From Bugula neritina (Eukaryota > Animalia > Bryozoa), in NCBI GenBank assembly GCA_964035545.1, contig OZ037771.1, forward strand, positions 12,094,480 through 12,158,479: a stretch of 64,000 nt of DNA, in the 5' to 3' direction. The position numbers and the translations under genes are program-made. Positions 1 to 28,456 of this stretch are shown here, one piece after another. The notes under the pieces were generated by a model. The model saw only the letters and a list, made by a program, of their open reading frames with translations, did no database searches and was not told where the DNA came from. The stretch's first letter is position 1. Each line of letters opens with the position of its first letter.

Positions 1-125
1 TGTGATAGTGATGTAGTATGTACTGTATGTATTGTGATAGTGTTGTAGTATGTACTGTATGTATTGTGATAGTGATGTAGTATGTACTGTATGTATTGTG
101 ATAGTGTTGTAGTATGTACTGTATA
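1..125. repeat. Intronic tandem repeat, ~31-32 bp unit (TGTGATAGTGATGTAGTATGTACTGTATGTAT), ~4 copies, cut by the window edge
   Basis: Unit repeats directly from base 1 up to the splice acceptor at 132-133. Confidence 0.9.
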
Positions 126-133
126 TATTACAG

Positions 134-1275
134 TCTAATGTGAAGTCTAAGAGAAGGGTCATACGGATGCTGTTTGTCATAGTCATGGAGTTCTTCATCT
201 GCTGGACTCCTCTCTATCTAGTCTACCTCTGGAGTCTGTTAGACAGCGCAAGCGCCACTAAACACCTGCCCTCTCCTGGAATACTCCTTTCTATATTTCG
301 TCTGTTAGCCTACACTTCCTCTTGCTGTAATCCAATCACGTAAGGGCTTACATCCTAGGTTGTACAGGGTGCTGTGCAATGAATGTTTTAGATTATGTAT
401 TCTTCTATTCTTTAGTTAAATATATATGTAGCTTTCTCAGACAATAATAATATAGTAAATATTCTTCATGTAATTTGTTTAACAAACGGCTTTTAAGCGT
501 CCAAAGAAAATGTTGAGAAATTGTCGGTAATATGGAGCAGTTTTATTTGGTTTTAATACGCAAAGATGAGACTTTGAAGTATTTGCAGTAGTTATTGTAA
601 AATGTTACCAGCTACCTTAACCATTATTTGTTGTGTTTGCATCACACAGTCATATGTTATGCAGGTTAAAATGCACTTTATTAGAGAAAATAATATTGAA
701 ATTCTTTTTAATCTCTGAAAGACGGGCAACTTGTATAGTTACCTGCCTATTAAGTAGATTTACCTGATGCTATGTTTTTGTGGCTTTTTTTAACAAATCT
801 AAAAAACTTCCAGTTTATTTCTATGGTTGAATGCAACCTTAAGATAAACCAAGTGGTACCAGATGTTATATAATGATGTAATGTGGGTATAGATAGCACA
901 GTTAGTGCAGACCGTCTTTGTATTGGTAAGCTATCTGCAGAAAAGTCATAGTCTCAAATGAATATGGCTGAGAGAAAGTTTGTTAGTATATATATTATTT
1001 ATCTTACATTTAGGTACTGCTTTATGAGTAAGAAGTTTCGAGCTGCTTTCCTAACAGCGTTTAGATGTTCCAAGTTACACAGGAGATCAACGATCCAGAG
1101 CACTCAAATCACGTACTGCGACAATAACGGGACGAACAACAATCACCCCCTCCTTCAACGACAAAGTTCTCGATCTAAGCGCCTGAGGTCCGTCTCAAGT
1201 AATGGCAGCATCCAAATTATGAAACTGCCTTTGGAAAAGGAACTCTCAAATGGCAAAGGCGTTGCGTTTTTCTAA
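134..1275 (+). CDS. Class A GPCR, cholecystokinin/sulfakinin-receptor-like; last two exons (134-339, 1014-1275) covering TM6, TM7 and the C-tail
   Basis: The spliced translation KRRVIRMLFVIVMEFFICWTPLY...LAYTSSCCNPIT|YCFMSKKFR carries CWxP and NPxxY motifs. The EFFICWTPLY / SSCCNPITYCFM strings are typical of invertebrate CCK/sulfakinin receptors. The intron is GT-AG and phase-consistent; TAA at 1273-1275. Confidence 0.85.
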
Positions 1276-2274
1276 TTTATTCAATAAAACTTGCATGATC
1301 GAATCAATTTGTACAAATACAATTACCACCCACTTGGGTAGACTGGTTACAAGATAAAGATTAGAATTTACAGTATTTTAAAGGCCACAATCCTTGTAAA
1401 GTTACTATAATAGCTTTATGTGATTAATAATTAAATGTAATGTGCTTAATTTCTGTGCTCAAAACTAAATATTTTTATTGATTTGCTTCTGTATATTACT
1501 TTAATTATTTGACTGGTATATCATTTTATGCCACAAGTGTAGTTTGTATTTGATGTGTGAAATGCCTATATGTTTTAACCATGGACAATCTCTTAAATAT
1601 TGGTTTTCAAACTACTGAATAATATATTTTTTGTTAAAATCTATTTTTATAATTTGTCTCTCTGTAAACTTCTTTTATAGATGTCTATTTTATTTCAATT
1701 TATTTGATATATAAAGATTTTGGAAACCTGCATTGCAAACTTTTACATTGTATTGCACCTTATATTACAGTATCTTATATTACAGCGCCTTATATTGTAG
1801 TACCTTATAATATTACTGTATTTTATATTACAGTATCCTATATTACAACATCAACATCTTATATGACGTCATGCATGGTAGATGGGATTTATATAATATG
1901 TCTACTATCAGTAGATTTTATTTTCTGTAGACTTTTTAACTAAGTGTTTACTAAAAACAATAATTATATGGATCAAGGTTCTATATTGCATTATTTTGTA
2001 AAATATTAGATTACAACCCAAAAATTTGCCAGTAGTAGTTCACATTGTTACAACAGAGGTATACTTTGCAATAGTGATAATTCTTTCAGTTATTGCATTC
2101 ATGTTTTGGGGGAATTATATTGTACGTCTTAGTGTATGGGTCATCTAGTCTGTGTATGACAATATATATTATAATATAACATAGTAATATATAGTAATAA
2201 AATAGTAATATTTTACTATATACACAGTGCAATCCTATTGAGACATAATTAATATGTTTCTATTTGATGGGATG

Positions 2275-2400
2275 GCCATTGGTGATGTTAGGAAGATCAT
2301 CCAGTCATAATTGCTCCTGTGCCCCATCTGAATAAATCCTTAGCCCACTAAAAAAACCTTTTCTATCAGGGGTTTCTCACAGAGATAGTGATTATAAAAC
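2275..2400 (+). mobile_element. 5'-truncated copy of tRNA-derived SINE family A
   Basis: GATGTTAGGAAGATCATCCAGTCATAATTGCTC...TTTCTCACAG is the reverse complement of the body of the copy at 16432-16628. Confidence 0.7.
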
Positions 2401-4055
2401 TTTGTGGGTTTTTATTTAATTACATGATAGAAATGTGTGAATGCCATTGTAGTTTGTCACCCAAACCAATACTAACTATTTTATAAACTTCATACCATAC
2501 ACAAAATAAGGTGAATTTTAACATTTTCTGTTGCTAGCATGACTTTACTTTTGTAAACATAAATAAATTATATAGCTTTCTCTATTCACTTAGTCACTAA
2601 AACATTACATGATTATAATTCAATGGGGGAAACATCAATTACTAATATTAATAGCCTATAGTATCTTGATCTGCACAATCATATTACATGAAATTTCATT
2701 GGTTTTAATTTAAAACTTGTGTGTAATTCAATAATAGATTGCATAGCTTTATCAATAATCATAACATACAAGTCAGTTATTTGAACTATTCTAGGCTTGT
2801 AGAAAATTTCGATGATACATTTTTCAGAAATTACAATTAATATGGGATATCTACATAAATTTCGTTGAACCTTTTTTAGTGCATAATTGTTTAGAATCTA
2901 AAAAGCTGAGCTTGTCAATTACCTTTCGGAAAGCAACGGTTGCTGTCGGAGACTATGACAGCAAAGCTGTTGTCAACAGGTTGGTTTCCTATGGTTTTTC
3001 CGGCAGCAATAATTTGACTCATCACTGCAGCTTTAGTTTCTCCAGAATATTCTTTATAAAGCTAATGCCTTATTTTATACTATCTGCTTCAAAAGCAAAT
3101 AGTAAAGTGGGTTATTTTGCTGCTATGATCAAAGCTGTGTGTGTATTGTCTGCACATGTCTTATAACAGACCAAAACTCCAGAAATTTTACCATGTTGAT
3201 ACTCCAGTGTAAAATAATTGCGTATCACATGTGTAATACTTCAGCTATTGCTATAAGCCTACAAAATGTTGGTTGAATATTTTTAAGACTCATACAGTAG
3301 ATTAAACTGACTTGCACTGCAATTACTTAATATAAAACTTTATTCCCAAAAATGCGGTACCAAAATTGACTTATGCAAATTTGAGTTATATCTCTAATAA
3401 TAAACATATCTGCAAATGTATAAGTTTATAGTATTTCAACATTTAGTATGTGATTTAGACATTATAAGAAAAGATAAGTTTATTGCACATAAATGACTGC
3501 TTATTGACGGTAATTATGCTAAGATTTCAATTTAAACTGTCACATCTCTAAGTTATATTTGTTAGTTAAGGAGTAATTTATTCCCAGATATGGCAAGCAG
3601 TCCAACACAACTTACTTTGTATATGTCTGTAACTTAGCAACTGTTGGTTGTTATTGGAAAGCTTTAGGTTCATCAACCTAATTACATACACGTGCAACAA
3701 AGGGTAATTTTATGACCTAAAAGGTTAAAAAGTTACTTGCGAATGAATTATGTATGGTTAAATAATATTAAGCATTATTTCCTTGACATTTCCATTTTTC
3801 TTTACCATAATAATACAATACTTTGATAGTATACAAATAGCTAATAAGCAAAGATTTAAAATAAATTGTTGGGTAAAAGTGTAATACAAAAATACAGATA
3901 GCAAATGACTTTTAAATTAAATTATTGTAACAAACTTTAATATAATCGAAACTTATTTAGTTGAATAAAAAAACACTTGTACTTGTATATCATAGATATT
4001 TTGATTGTATGGCATTCTAATTTAAAGTTGTACTCAATATTGTATTTTGTTGAAG

Positions 4056-19048
<14,993 letters not shown>

Positions 19049-20071
19049 ACTTGCGGTTCCTAAGCTATAATATTGCAAATTATACAACAAAGCAAGAAAC
19101 CTGTTTGTAGTCTGTGGAGTATTGTAACATGTCAGTATTGCGTCGTTTCATACAAGATACAAGTGTTAAGTAAACCAGATCTTTACAGTAACATTGTTTT
19201 TTATAAGTTTTCAAGAATAATGATAATAAATATAAATTAAAGCTTCGAAACTAGTTAAAATTCCCTTAAACCCACTAACTGGGGTACTGTTGAGATGGCC
19301 CTCTAACTGTGTTGGCAACATAGCTTGAAAACTTCAAAGATTTATTTCAATAAGCATTTCCTAGTGTTAGCTATGACTCTAACAGAGTAGCTAATTTATT
19401 TACTTTATTAAACATCAGGTATTCAGATATATACAGGTCTCTTTACCCAATAGCATCCAACTTTTAACTATAATTCATGTTTCATAAAATCAAGTTATTT
19501 GAGTCTGAAGCGTAATGAACTAAGTCTAAACAATGAGGAGGTGTGTATTCATTACACATGTAGGAACTGATGTAAAAATAAAAGATATGTTTTAGTAGCA
19601 AAAAAGAAGTCCAAAAAGTAAATTTTGGTTGTTGATAATAATTGACGACATTTTCACTCCAAATCCTGTAGACAGCTGCATAAAGTTAGAATGTGATTTC
19701 TGCATTTATTTCAAGCACATTTGTATCCTAAAAATATAGCTCCAAGAATTCATTTGAAAGTTTAGAACTTTTATTTTGATAAAAAATCGACATGTTTTGC
19801 TTTTTGCAGTTTTTATCCAAAATAAGAATTTGGGATCAATCAAATACTTTTGGAAGTTTTTAAAGAATTGCTTTATTCTTAACTTTTGATTATGCTTATT
19901 TAGAGGAGATAAGCTTAAATGATTTACTCATAGAGCGAAAAATGCACAGAAAAATGCCAGCACAGTTCCAGTGGCTTTAAATTTTAAAATAAGTAAGACC
20001 ACAGGAAACATCACAGCCGTATAACTCTACAGACAAAAGTGTTTCATCAACCAATGACCTGTCATATCTTC

Positions 20072-23000
20072 CTATTCTGAAGTCTTTCTCATGAGTTCTA
20101 ACAGGGACTGCAACTGATCCGCTCGTGATGGTTCCCTTCTTAGCTGCTGGAGCTCTTTGTCTGAGTTTCTTCTCATGAAATAGAACACTCCCACGGCAAT
20201 GCCTACAGCCATCAAAACACAGTTTATAGTGTTATGCATGGTCTATAAGTAATATATCGAATTGGTGCCAAGTTTGATGTATAGCATTGTTTGGTTTAAA
20301 AGATTTTTGCTATTGTTTATTATTTGTCTTCAGTATTGCATAATAATTTTGCAAATTTAAACAATGATAAAAAAAATATAATTTAGACAGTTTCATGTAA
20401 TTCTCTAAATTTATACATAAAATGTAAAGAAAATTGCCTGCTCTGGGATTCAAACCCCAGACCTAAAACTTGCAAACTAGCCATTACCCCACATAACCTC
20501 TCATTCACACTTACCGTACCATACGCCGTAACAGCAAACATCAGCCATTTTTAATGTGTCCGGGCTGAAGTTTTTAAAGTTTGCTATTAGGTACAATCTA
20601 TGACACCTCATTGGACAATTATATCCAATGAGTTACCGAAAATATTTTGTTGTCCATTAGGAGCCCGCTGCAGCATTTTTGAATCAAGCAGTGCTTAATC
20701 CTAACACACCGCAACGCCGTACAGGAAGCTCAGACATTTGTAAAAATGGCTGATATTCGCTCTTCCGGCGTGCAGTACGACAAGTGTGAATGAGGGGTAT
20801 TATTATAGTAAATAAAGACTTGAATGTTTAATATAACACAGCTATTCTGAATAGACTGTGTAGTAACTCAGCAGTACCTGCAGAAACAACAATTAAAGCA
20901 ACAATAGCTATAGCAGCTGCAGACATTTTCCCGTTCAAGCTGCCAACAGTTAGGGAACCGAATGTTGCTGTGTTATTCCACTACAAAACAACCATAATAT
21001 TACCGAGTGAGGTTTTTATGGGTTGTATGCCAAAGAGTACATAATAATCATTATGTGTGACATAGGATAGTCACGGTAGTGATAACAAGATGCACCAGTT
21101 TTGCTGTGGGTGGTATGTTAACAATGAACATAGTAAAGATTATTTCAGCAAAAGTGCTTTGCTAGAGTAATGCATATTGAGATAAAGATAAGTGTTGACC
21201 AAAACAATTTTTTATTCTTTTTTCTCTTTTTTCTATATACTCACTAACACACACACATGCGCGCATACACATGCATACACACGCACTGCAATGCATTGCA
21301 TTGTATTACACTACACTGCATATAACATTTGCTTGTTGTTTTATGATTTTATTAATTTCTGTGTCAATAAAAGCAAGACTTGGTGTAGTAAGTAATTGAA
21401 TTTTACGATCATATATTCCACATTAAGATTTACTATTGATTCAGTATATAAAATCATTCTGGCTTTATTAAGTATGTTGTAGTTGTATAATGGTTGATTT
21501 TACCTGACTCCTACAAGCTCCAGTGACAGAACTAAACCAGACCGGCTCTGAACACAGACAGTAAGAAGTGTATAGTACTGGTCTTCTATCAACTTTTAGT
21601 ATAAAGTGCTTGTTGGCTAACAAATGACAACAATATTCTACAACTATTCATTCTTATAAATTATACGAAGGGATGTATTTAAAATAGCGTTGGAATTGAG
21701 ACCTTTTCAATCACATGGTCATTAAAGGCAGCTGTAACACTACATACCTGTTATTAACAGAAATTCACTTAAAATGTGTGAGCTAAACATAATATTAGCA
21801 GTGTTGCTTGCTTTGCTGTTTTTTCTTTGTATTGAAATTACAGTTGCAATTTAAAATTCCTTAGATAGTGACCGACATACATGTGAATATATATTAGCAA
21901 AGTAAAAAACTTAATGACTGCTTAGCCCATCTAAAAGGTTTACATGTTTACCTTAATTTAGACAAAATTCATAACATATTTAGATTACATAAACCATAAA
22001 TCAACTATAAGCTGAGATGTAGAGTTTGGTATTTCATCAGCTATAAAGCGAAGTTCAATCAAATTGTTGTGAAATAATTTTACCCCCACTGGGGATTCGT
22101 ACCCGAGACCTCTGGCTGGCAAGCAGGTGAGCTACCATTACACCACAGGAGCTACTGGGTAATCAGAGCACTACAGTTTTAGTGGATAAAGTGTGATTAT
22201 AAACTAGGAAATTTGATTTACCAGAACAGACCATGAGTGGGTGGATGCGACTGCATTCACCGCTAGTTTTACAAGGCACCAACCCAGGCAGACATCTTGG
22301 TGGTTCACCTCTCTTCTTGAAAGCTACTGACCCAGTTGGACATCCACATTCACCGTTTATACATATACTGTTGGGCATTTTCTCTCTGTAACATAGCTCA
22401 GAGATAAATAGGGTTAGCAAAAAGTTGTATTTCTTAATAGAACTTTCGAAGCCGACATGCTTAAATAACTGGCACTAAGTTTAATCGATGTTTTACATTT
22501 TCATCCTGTAAATGAATTTTTCAAGAATTTATTTATTGCTTGTACTTATAATTACTAGCCAATTGTTTTAAACAAATTTTCTTTTTTATTAAAAGTGTTC
22601 TTGCAATCAGAATGAAGAAAAGATGACTCACCGGCACCCTCGCACTGTACATACGGTGCCCGTGTAATTTGACGGTTTTGAGTTTAGATATCGATGTCGG
22701 AAGAAGAGTTCGCTGACTGGTGTACACTGATAACCAATGTAATCTGCCCACCCTGTTTTATTTACGTCACAATACGTATTGTACTTGTATGCGCAACGTT
22801 CTTCAACTACACACTTCAAGGGAGCCGTGCATTCTGGGCCATAGAAATCTTCTGTACATTCACATCGATCTACATACAAAGTAAACTTGTAGTCTTTTAG
22901 TATTTTTGCTTACTTTAAACTTTCTCAATAGACTTTTAATCCATAGCATTGTTTGCAATTTCAAAATGTCTGCTGTACTTTAACAGTGATTTGTTTATTT

Positions 23001-26000
23001 CCTTGGGAATAATTGGGAATTGATGTAATCAGCTACACTACCCTTTCTCAATTACAAACGATGTTACAATTGTACTAGTTTTTATCGTTCTGTAAGGAGT
23101 TACGCCTGGACTGGGTAGGCGCACACCGTAAACTTATTGAACTTGTTGCATTGCGTTCTCTCTTATATAGAAAGTGTCCATATTCTAAAGGGTGTCTTAG
23201 CTTCAGCGAACCCACAAAGTTTTGTGCATGCATCTAGCCAAATAGCGAATTATTACTAAACTATCTCATGACATGCTTATATGTAAGTATAGACACTTTT
23301 TCTGTATGATAATGAAATAGCCATTGATTCCAGGAAAGCTTCTAGTCTAAGGCAACAACACAGCTCTTACACTTTCTAAATGCTAAATTACTCAGCTAAT
23401 AGTTTACACATATACTAATTTGCAAACTATAAAAAATAGACAATAATATGACAAATTATAATAACATCGCAGTTTTTATTTAACTGCGCAAGTACAAATG
23501 GAAACAGTTTACTTACTCTTTACACATTTTCCTCCGTTCTGACACATAAAGAACTTATTGCAAAGTTTGACAGAACATTGGTAACCTCCCCAGCCTTCTG
23601 GACACACCAGCGGCTGACTCGTGAGATTGGTTTCACACAACAAGCCTGTCATTCCTGCAGGGCAATTGTCTAAAATAAAGTGGTGACATTGCTGTCATGC
23701 AGTGCCGTGGTTTCTGGTTTGGTGATATAAAAAAATGGAAAGAAAATGCAAGATCAGTTAGGATAAACAACAGAATTCTCAAACCCAAAAAACAGTGAGA
23801 GCAAAGAAAAAATGGTAGGAGTTGGGGAGAAGATAACTAACATAAGGCACGAAGTTTATTAGTACTCGTTTATTATTTAGTGAAATCAGTGTATGTTGAC
23901 AAAACTACACAAACAATTATAGGAAGTTTAAAAAAACTAACCGGATGTTAAAAGCTATGAAGCTTTTAGAATTAAGAAAATAATTTTACTCTTTACCTTA
24001 GCCAAATATAAATCATGCAAATTCTAAGTTTTGAGGAAAAATATGTAGAGAAATTGCATAAAAAGTAGCAAAGGCTTAAAATTCAAAAACTTGGGAGATG
24101 CTTTAGAGTTGAATGGCAGTTAGAAAGAAACCAAGACAAAAGAAGCGTGATATGGTGATATGTTGATATCTAACAGTGACCTTGGAGCTCACTGTTAGTC
24201 TATACTTACAGTAAACGTCATAGCTAGTCTAGACTAATAGTTCAGACTAGCTATGATGAAGATTGAGAAAAGTCTATATTATACTCAATGTGAAAGTTTA
24301 CACTCACATTGATAGTCTTCACTCACATGTAATAGTCTATACTAATAGTGATAGTCTATACTCAAAATGATAGTCTATACTAATAGTGATAGTTTATACT
24401 CACAGTAATAGTTAATAGTCTACACTCACAGTGATAGATATTGAGGAGAGTCTATACTCACTGTAACAGTTTGTTGAACAGAACCCATCTTTACCGCAGC
24501 AGAAGCTGAAGCCTCTGAAATATTTATCTGTACTCAGCTTTTTACAGTCAGATTTCTTGGAGCATTTGAAACCACAGTCGCCTACCCAAGATCTTTTTGA
24601 AAGTTCGGAGTCCTCAGGGGGTATGTCTGTTGACAATGAAATAAAACTTTTATATGAGAATCAAGGCTTCACAAGGCTGTAAACTTTAAAATGTAGCTTG
24701 CACCATTTACAAAAATATTAATTTTTTATTGCGTTTGAAAATAAGTTTACAATAACACTTAGGCAAGCAAGTAGCTAGTCACATTGATATATATTGAACA
24801 AAAGTTGCACCTTTTTTATTTTATGATAAGCGATTTATGCAAAATGCAACAAAAAATATCAGTAATTTTTATTATCTGGTTGGGCCCATAAATTTATATG
24901 GCTTTTGTTTTCAAGTTGTAAATTTTATGAAAAATGCACTATTTTTTTTAATTATTTATTCATCACATGATACTTGTTTAATAGATCTTTTCTGGTAACC
25001 ACAACAGCCATAAGATATGTAGGTAGCTATAACACATACATACAAACATAGCATGCATGTAGATTTACCACAATCTAAATGTTTAACTTCAAAAATTTAA
25101 CAACAATATCTTGTACATAACATTACAACCCGGCTGTAAATACTTACACGACCTTGAGATGGTCGAAAGATGTGCTAGACACATTTCTTTTCTGAGGCCT
25201 TTTCGGCTATATGGTGCTTTAATCTGGCACACTCCATAAAATGAGTTGCACTCCAGTACCTTATATTTACAAGTTTCTCCTTAAATAAACAAAATATAAA
25301 CATATTAATGTAAATCTAGCTACTGGTTTTAATGAGCTAAACCTCCTAAAGGTTTAGGACAATGCCAAACAAATAACAAACGCAGATCTCCATCAGCTGT
25401 TATACCTACTTTTAGTTGAGAAGTGTTTCCCGGGGCAAATGATGTTTCTAGATTGATATTCTACGCAATCCAAATTTGATGAGCAAATGGCTGATGGCAT
25501 AAGAGGATCACTAGCTGAGGCTGAAGCAAGAATCATCTAATTATACATGTGAAAACTATCTTGATAATAGACTCATGAAAATAATCAGGTTATTAACATA
25601 TGGGAGCCACTTTAAAACAAAAAATATCACGCAAGTTTATAGTGGCCATCCCTGTGAAAAACTAAGCTCCTCCCATTGTCCATAGCGTATGTTAGTAGCG
25701 TAGTAGGTAGATATCGCCAGGCCGAGTAGATGATGGACGCTACGCATTAGGATAACAGAATTTAATAAGAGAGAGCTGTCCTTTCGATATACTATGGTGA
25801 TACAACTCCGTACAGCCAGATATACATGGGGACACAACCCTTACAATATGTGACACAAGAGCAATTATGACTGAATGCTCTTCTTAACATCACCAATGTC
25901 TTTTTTTGGGGTGTGAACCTTTTACTTTGTGTTTAATAAGCAAACGCTCTAACCCTTAGACCACGGCTGATTCCACTTAAAACAATCAGAGTAATAATAT

Positions 26001-26341
26001 ACCTAAAACATTATTGTTGATGCATCAATTTTAAAACTTTTGCTGTTGCTGGGATTTGATCCCGAGATCCCTGCTTGCATGCAGGCGAGCTAACTATTAC
26101 ATCACAGAGACTGCTGGGTAAATTCAACGCTACATTGGTAAACTACACATTATTAAAGGCAAGATTTGAATGGTAACTTCAAATTTTTTTGAACTAAATG
26201 ACAGAATTAAATAGGCCCTATAAAATTTATTACCTGGTCGGCAGAGCGAAGTATCGGCATCACAGTAGTAAAACGGGTAATCTCTGTTTCCTTTAGCTGG
26301 TTGGGGACAAAATTTAGACTTGGCATAGTTGCAGCTCACAC
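20072..26341 (-). CDS. Paralog of the Cys-rich/EGF/TM half of the upstream membrane protein; 10 exons
   Basis: Exons ~26341-26234, 25519-25406, 25280-25148, 24627-24460, 23669-23516, 22868-22632, 22388-22222, 21617-21504, 20981-20878 and 20202-20072. Exon-for-exon similarity with the + gene, e.g. SWVGDCGFKCSKKSDC vs TWVGDCGFRCSARSDC and CPEGWGGYQCSVKLCNK vs CPNGWGGDQCSVKLCNK. TM AIAIVALIVVSAGIAVGVFYFM; TAG at 20074-20072. Confidence 0.85.
20496..20798. mobile_element. ~300 bp MITE with ~55 bp imperfect TIRs (PIF/Harbinger-like terminus)
   Basis: CTCATTCACACTTACCGTAC...ATCAGCCATTTTTA at left versus TAAAAATGGCTGAT...GTACGACAAGTGTGAATGAG at right. Confidence 0.75.
22081..22160 (-). mobile_element. 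Short tRNA-derived element family B (pseudo-tRNA/SINE)
   Basis: Minus strand CCCAGTAGCTCCTGTGGTGTAATGGTAGC...GGGTACGAATCCCC; similar to copies at 20436, 26041 and 47565. Confidence 0.7.
24300..24459. repeat. 19-bp tandem repeat (TGATAGTCTATACTCACAG-like)
   Basis: About 8 diverged copies abutting a splice donor of the minus-strand gene. Confidence 0.8.
25636..25975 (-). mobile_element. SINE family A copy with a longer, different internal segment
   Basis: Shares head (CTCTAACCCTTAGACCAC), core (GAGCAATTATGACTG.ATGCTCTTC) and tail (TATAGT.GCCATCCCTGTGA) with 16432-16628. Confidence 0.75.
26041..26118 (-). mobile_element. Short tRNA-derived element family B, diverged
   Basis: CTGGGATTTGATCCCGAG...CTTGCA...ATTACA...CTGGGTAA pattern as at 22081 and 47565. 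Confidence 0.6.
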
Positions 26342-27829
26342 CTGCAGTTCAAAGACTCTCCACATATTATTCCAATACTAGCAAACGTGTTTTGATATTG
26401 ATAAGGAAAACTTTTGCATGTACTATCTGAACGCTATTAGAGCCTGAGCAAAGGAATAACTGTATGGCTCAAATCAATTTGACAACATTCTCACTAAGAT
26501 TTCGACAATAGACAACTATTTGTTGATCAAATAATACACCATTTGTTATAAAAAATATTTCATCAACAATTAAAAAACAAATAAGACTGACTTTTGATAT
26601 AATATTTTTAGCTGAACTAAGAGTTTAAAAAGTTTCTTTCTGTAAGATATGACATACAGGGTTTTGGGCTAAGGACATAGGCTTCACCTGACGTATAGTA
26701 ACTAGTATGACATTGATTACCAATTGATACCATATTGTACATCTCGTATTTTCTGATCTGCATACGTTACACGGCCAGTGCATCACACGGCTTTTACGAC
26801 TGTCAGGGTCGATCCTCATTTTGCCATTTCGCGATATTAGCCGCAATAAACAATATATTTTCGTGCGATAACATCGACTGTCTAGGGCGCTACTGTTGAC
26901 GAATCAGAACAAAGAGAGCACATGAGTGCTGTAAACATGTACGTGTTGTTATGGTTACTAATGATGATCTGCTACGTAATTTTTGTAGTAGACAACTCTC
27001 ACAGAAATCATTAATTTGTCTTTTTATTATTTAGCTAACAACTTTTGCCTAGAAAAAAGCAAAGGTAAGGTGGCTCAAGCAATCCTGTATTTTTTTAGAA
27101 TGTTTTAGCTTAAATTCTGTTTGGTTTATCCTACTAGAATGTTACCTGCTGCAGCATCAACACTATCATTGCAAAACTATATCTACTTATAACAAAATCT
27201 TGATGCACATAGCAAAATTATCTACTTTATTGTGGCGGATGTGCAAGAGTTTGGAGTCATCTCATCAATTACACATAGCAACAGAAGAACACAATATAGA
27301 AATAACAGAAAGCCAAAGACAGTATACCTTTATTTTTAACCAAAAAAGAATTTTGTTAAACATTATATTGTTTAGTTCACCATAAAAAAACTGATTTTAC
27401 AAGTGGTTACATCTTTTCCGAAAATAAAGGTGCCATGAAGCAGCCGAAAATGAAGTCGTCCGCTCACCAGACACCTAAAAAATAATTATGCAACATGATA
27501 TTTTTAAAATTAAACACAGATATGCAAAAGTCATCACCTACATAATTTTTTATAAATTTAACAAGCTTGTTTAGTGAAAGTTTATAATATAAACACTAAT
27601 GTTGATAGCGAAAATGCCATGTTCATGCAAGATAGTAAATCAATATAAATAAGGAGTCATATCATATCTATGTTATATATGTATTCAATTCTGGTTTATG
27701 CTTTATGCCTTTAACTATGAGTGCACAACCACTAATCCTATTTCTACCAACACCATCTCTACCACTAACAGTACTAACGTCAGAATCAAAAGCAACTTCA
27801 CCACTACTACTAATAATGTTATTATTTTA

Positions 27830-28290
27830 TTATTATTACTTCTACTACTACTACTGCTACTGCTACTACTACTACTGCTACTACTACTACTACTACTACT
27901 GCTACTACTACTACTACTACTACTACTGCTGCTACTGCTGCTGCTACTACTTCTACTACTGCTACTACTACTGCTACTGCTGCTGCTACTACTTCTACTA
28001 CTGCTACTACTACTGCTACTACTACTACTGCTACTACTACTTCTACTACTGCTACTACTACTACTACTGCTGCTACTACTGCTACTACTACTACTGCTAC
28101 TGCTGCTGCTGCTGCTGCTACTACTTCTACTACTGCTACTACTACTGCTGCTGCTACTACTTCTACTACTACTACTACTACTACTACTAACTAGTACTAC
28201 TACTGCTACTACTACCAGTACTGCTGCTACTACTACTTTTACCACTACTGCCGCTACCACCGCCGCCGCCACCACCACTACTAATATTGT
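27830..28290. repeat. (CTA/CTG)n trinucleotide microsatellite
   Basis: Seen directly; source of the poly-L/poly-Y/poly-S ORFs. Confidence 0.95.
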
Positions 28291-28456
28291 TTCTACTACA
28301 AGTACTGTAAATCTTACCAGCAGCAAGTTATATTGGAAACTGTTTGCTCATTTTATCATTGTATTAGTGCAATAACAAAATGTTTATATTTTAATATAGT
28401 CAAACCTTTTAAAAAACTAGGCTGCTACTTATGAACTAAGAAGTTGTGCTACCCAC

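Noticed and set aside
1-125. CRISPR-like ~32 bp repeats
   Set aside because: Units are directly adjacent with no unique spacers, and the context is a eukaryotic intron.
27411-27474. Extra minus-strand exon for the EGF/TM paralog
   Set aside because: It has AG/GT borders, but the phase required by the upstream candidate exon gives an immediate stop (GVW*); left unassigned.
27698-28375. Poly-L, poly-Y/C and poly-S ORFs
   Set aside because: They come from a (CTA/CTG)n microsatellite, with no splice or domain support.
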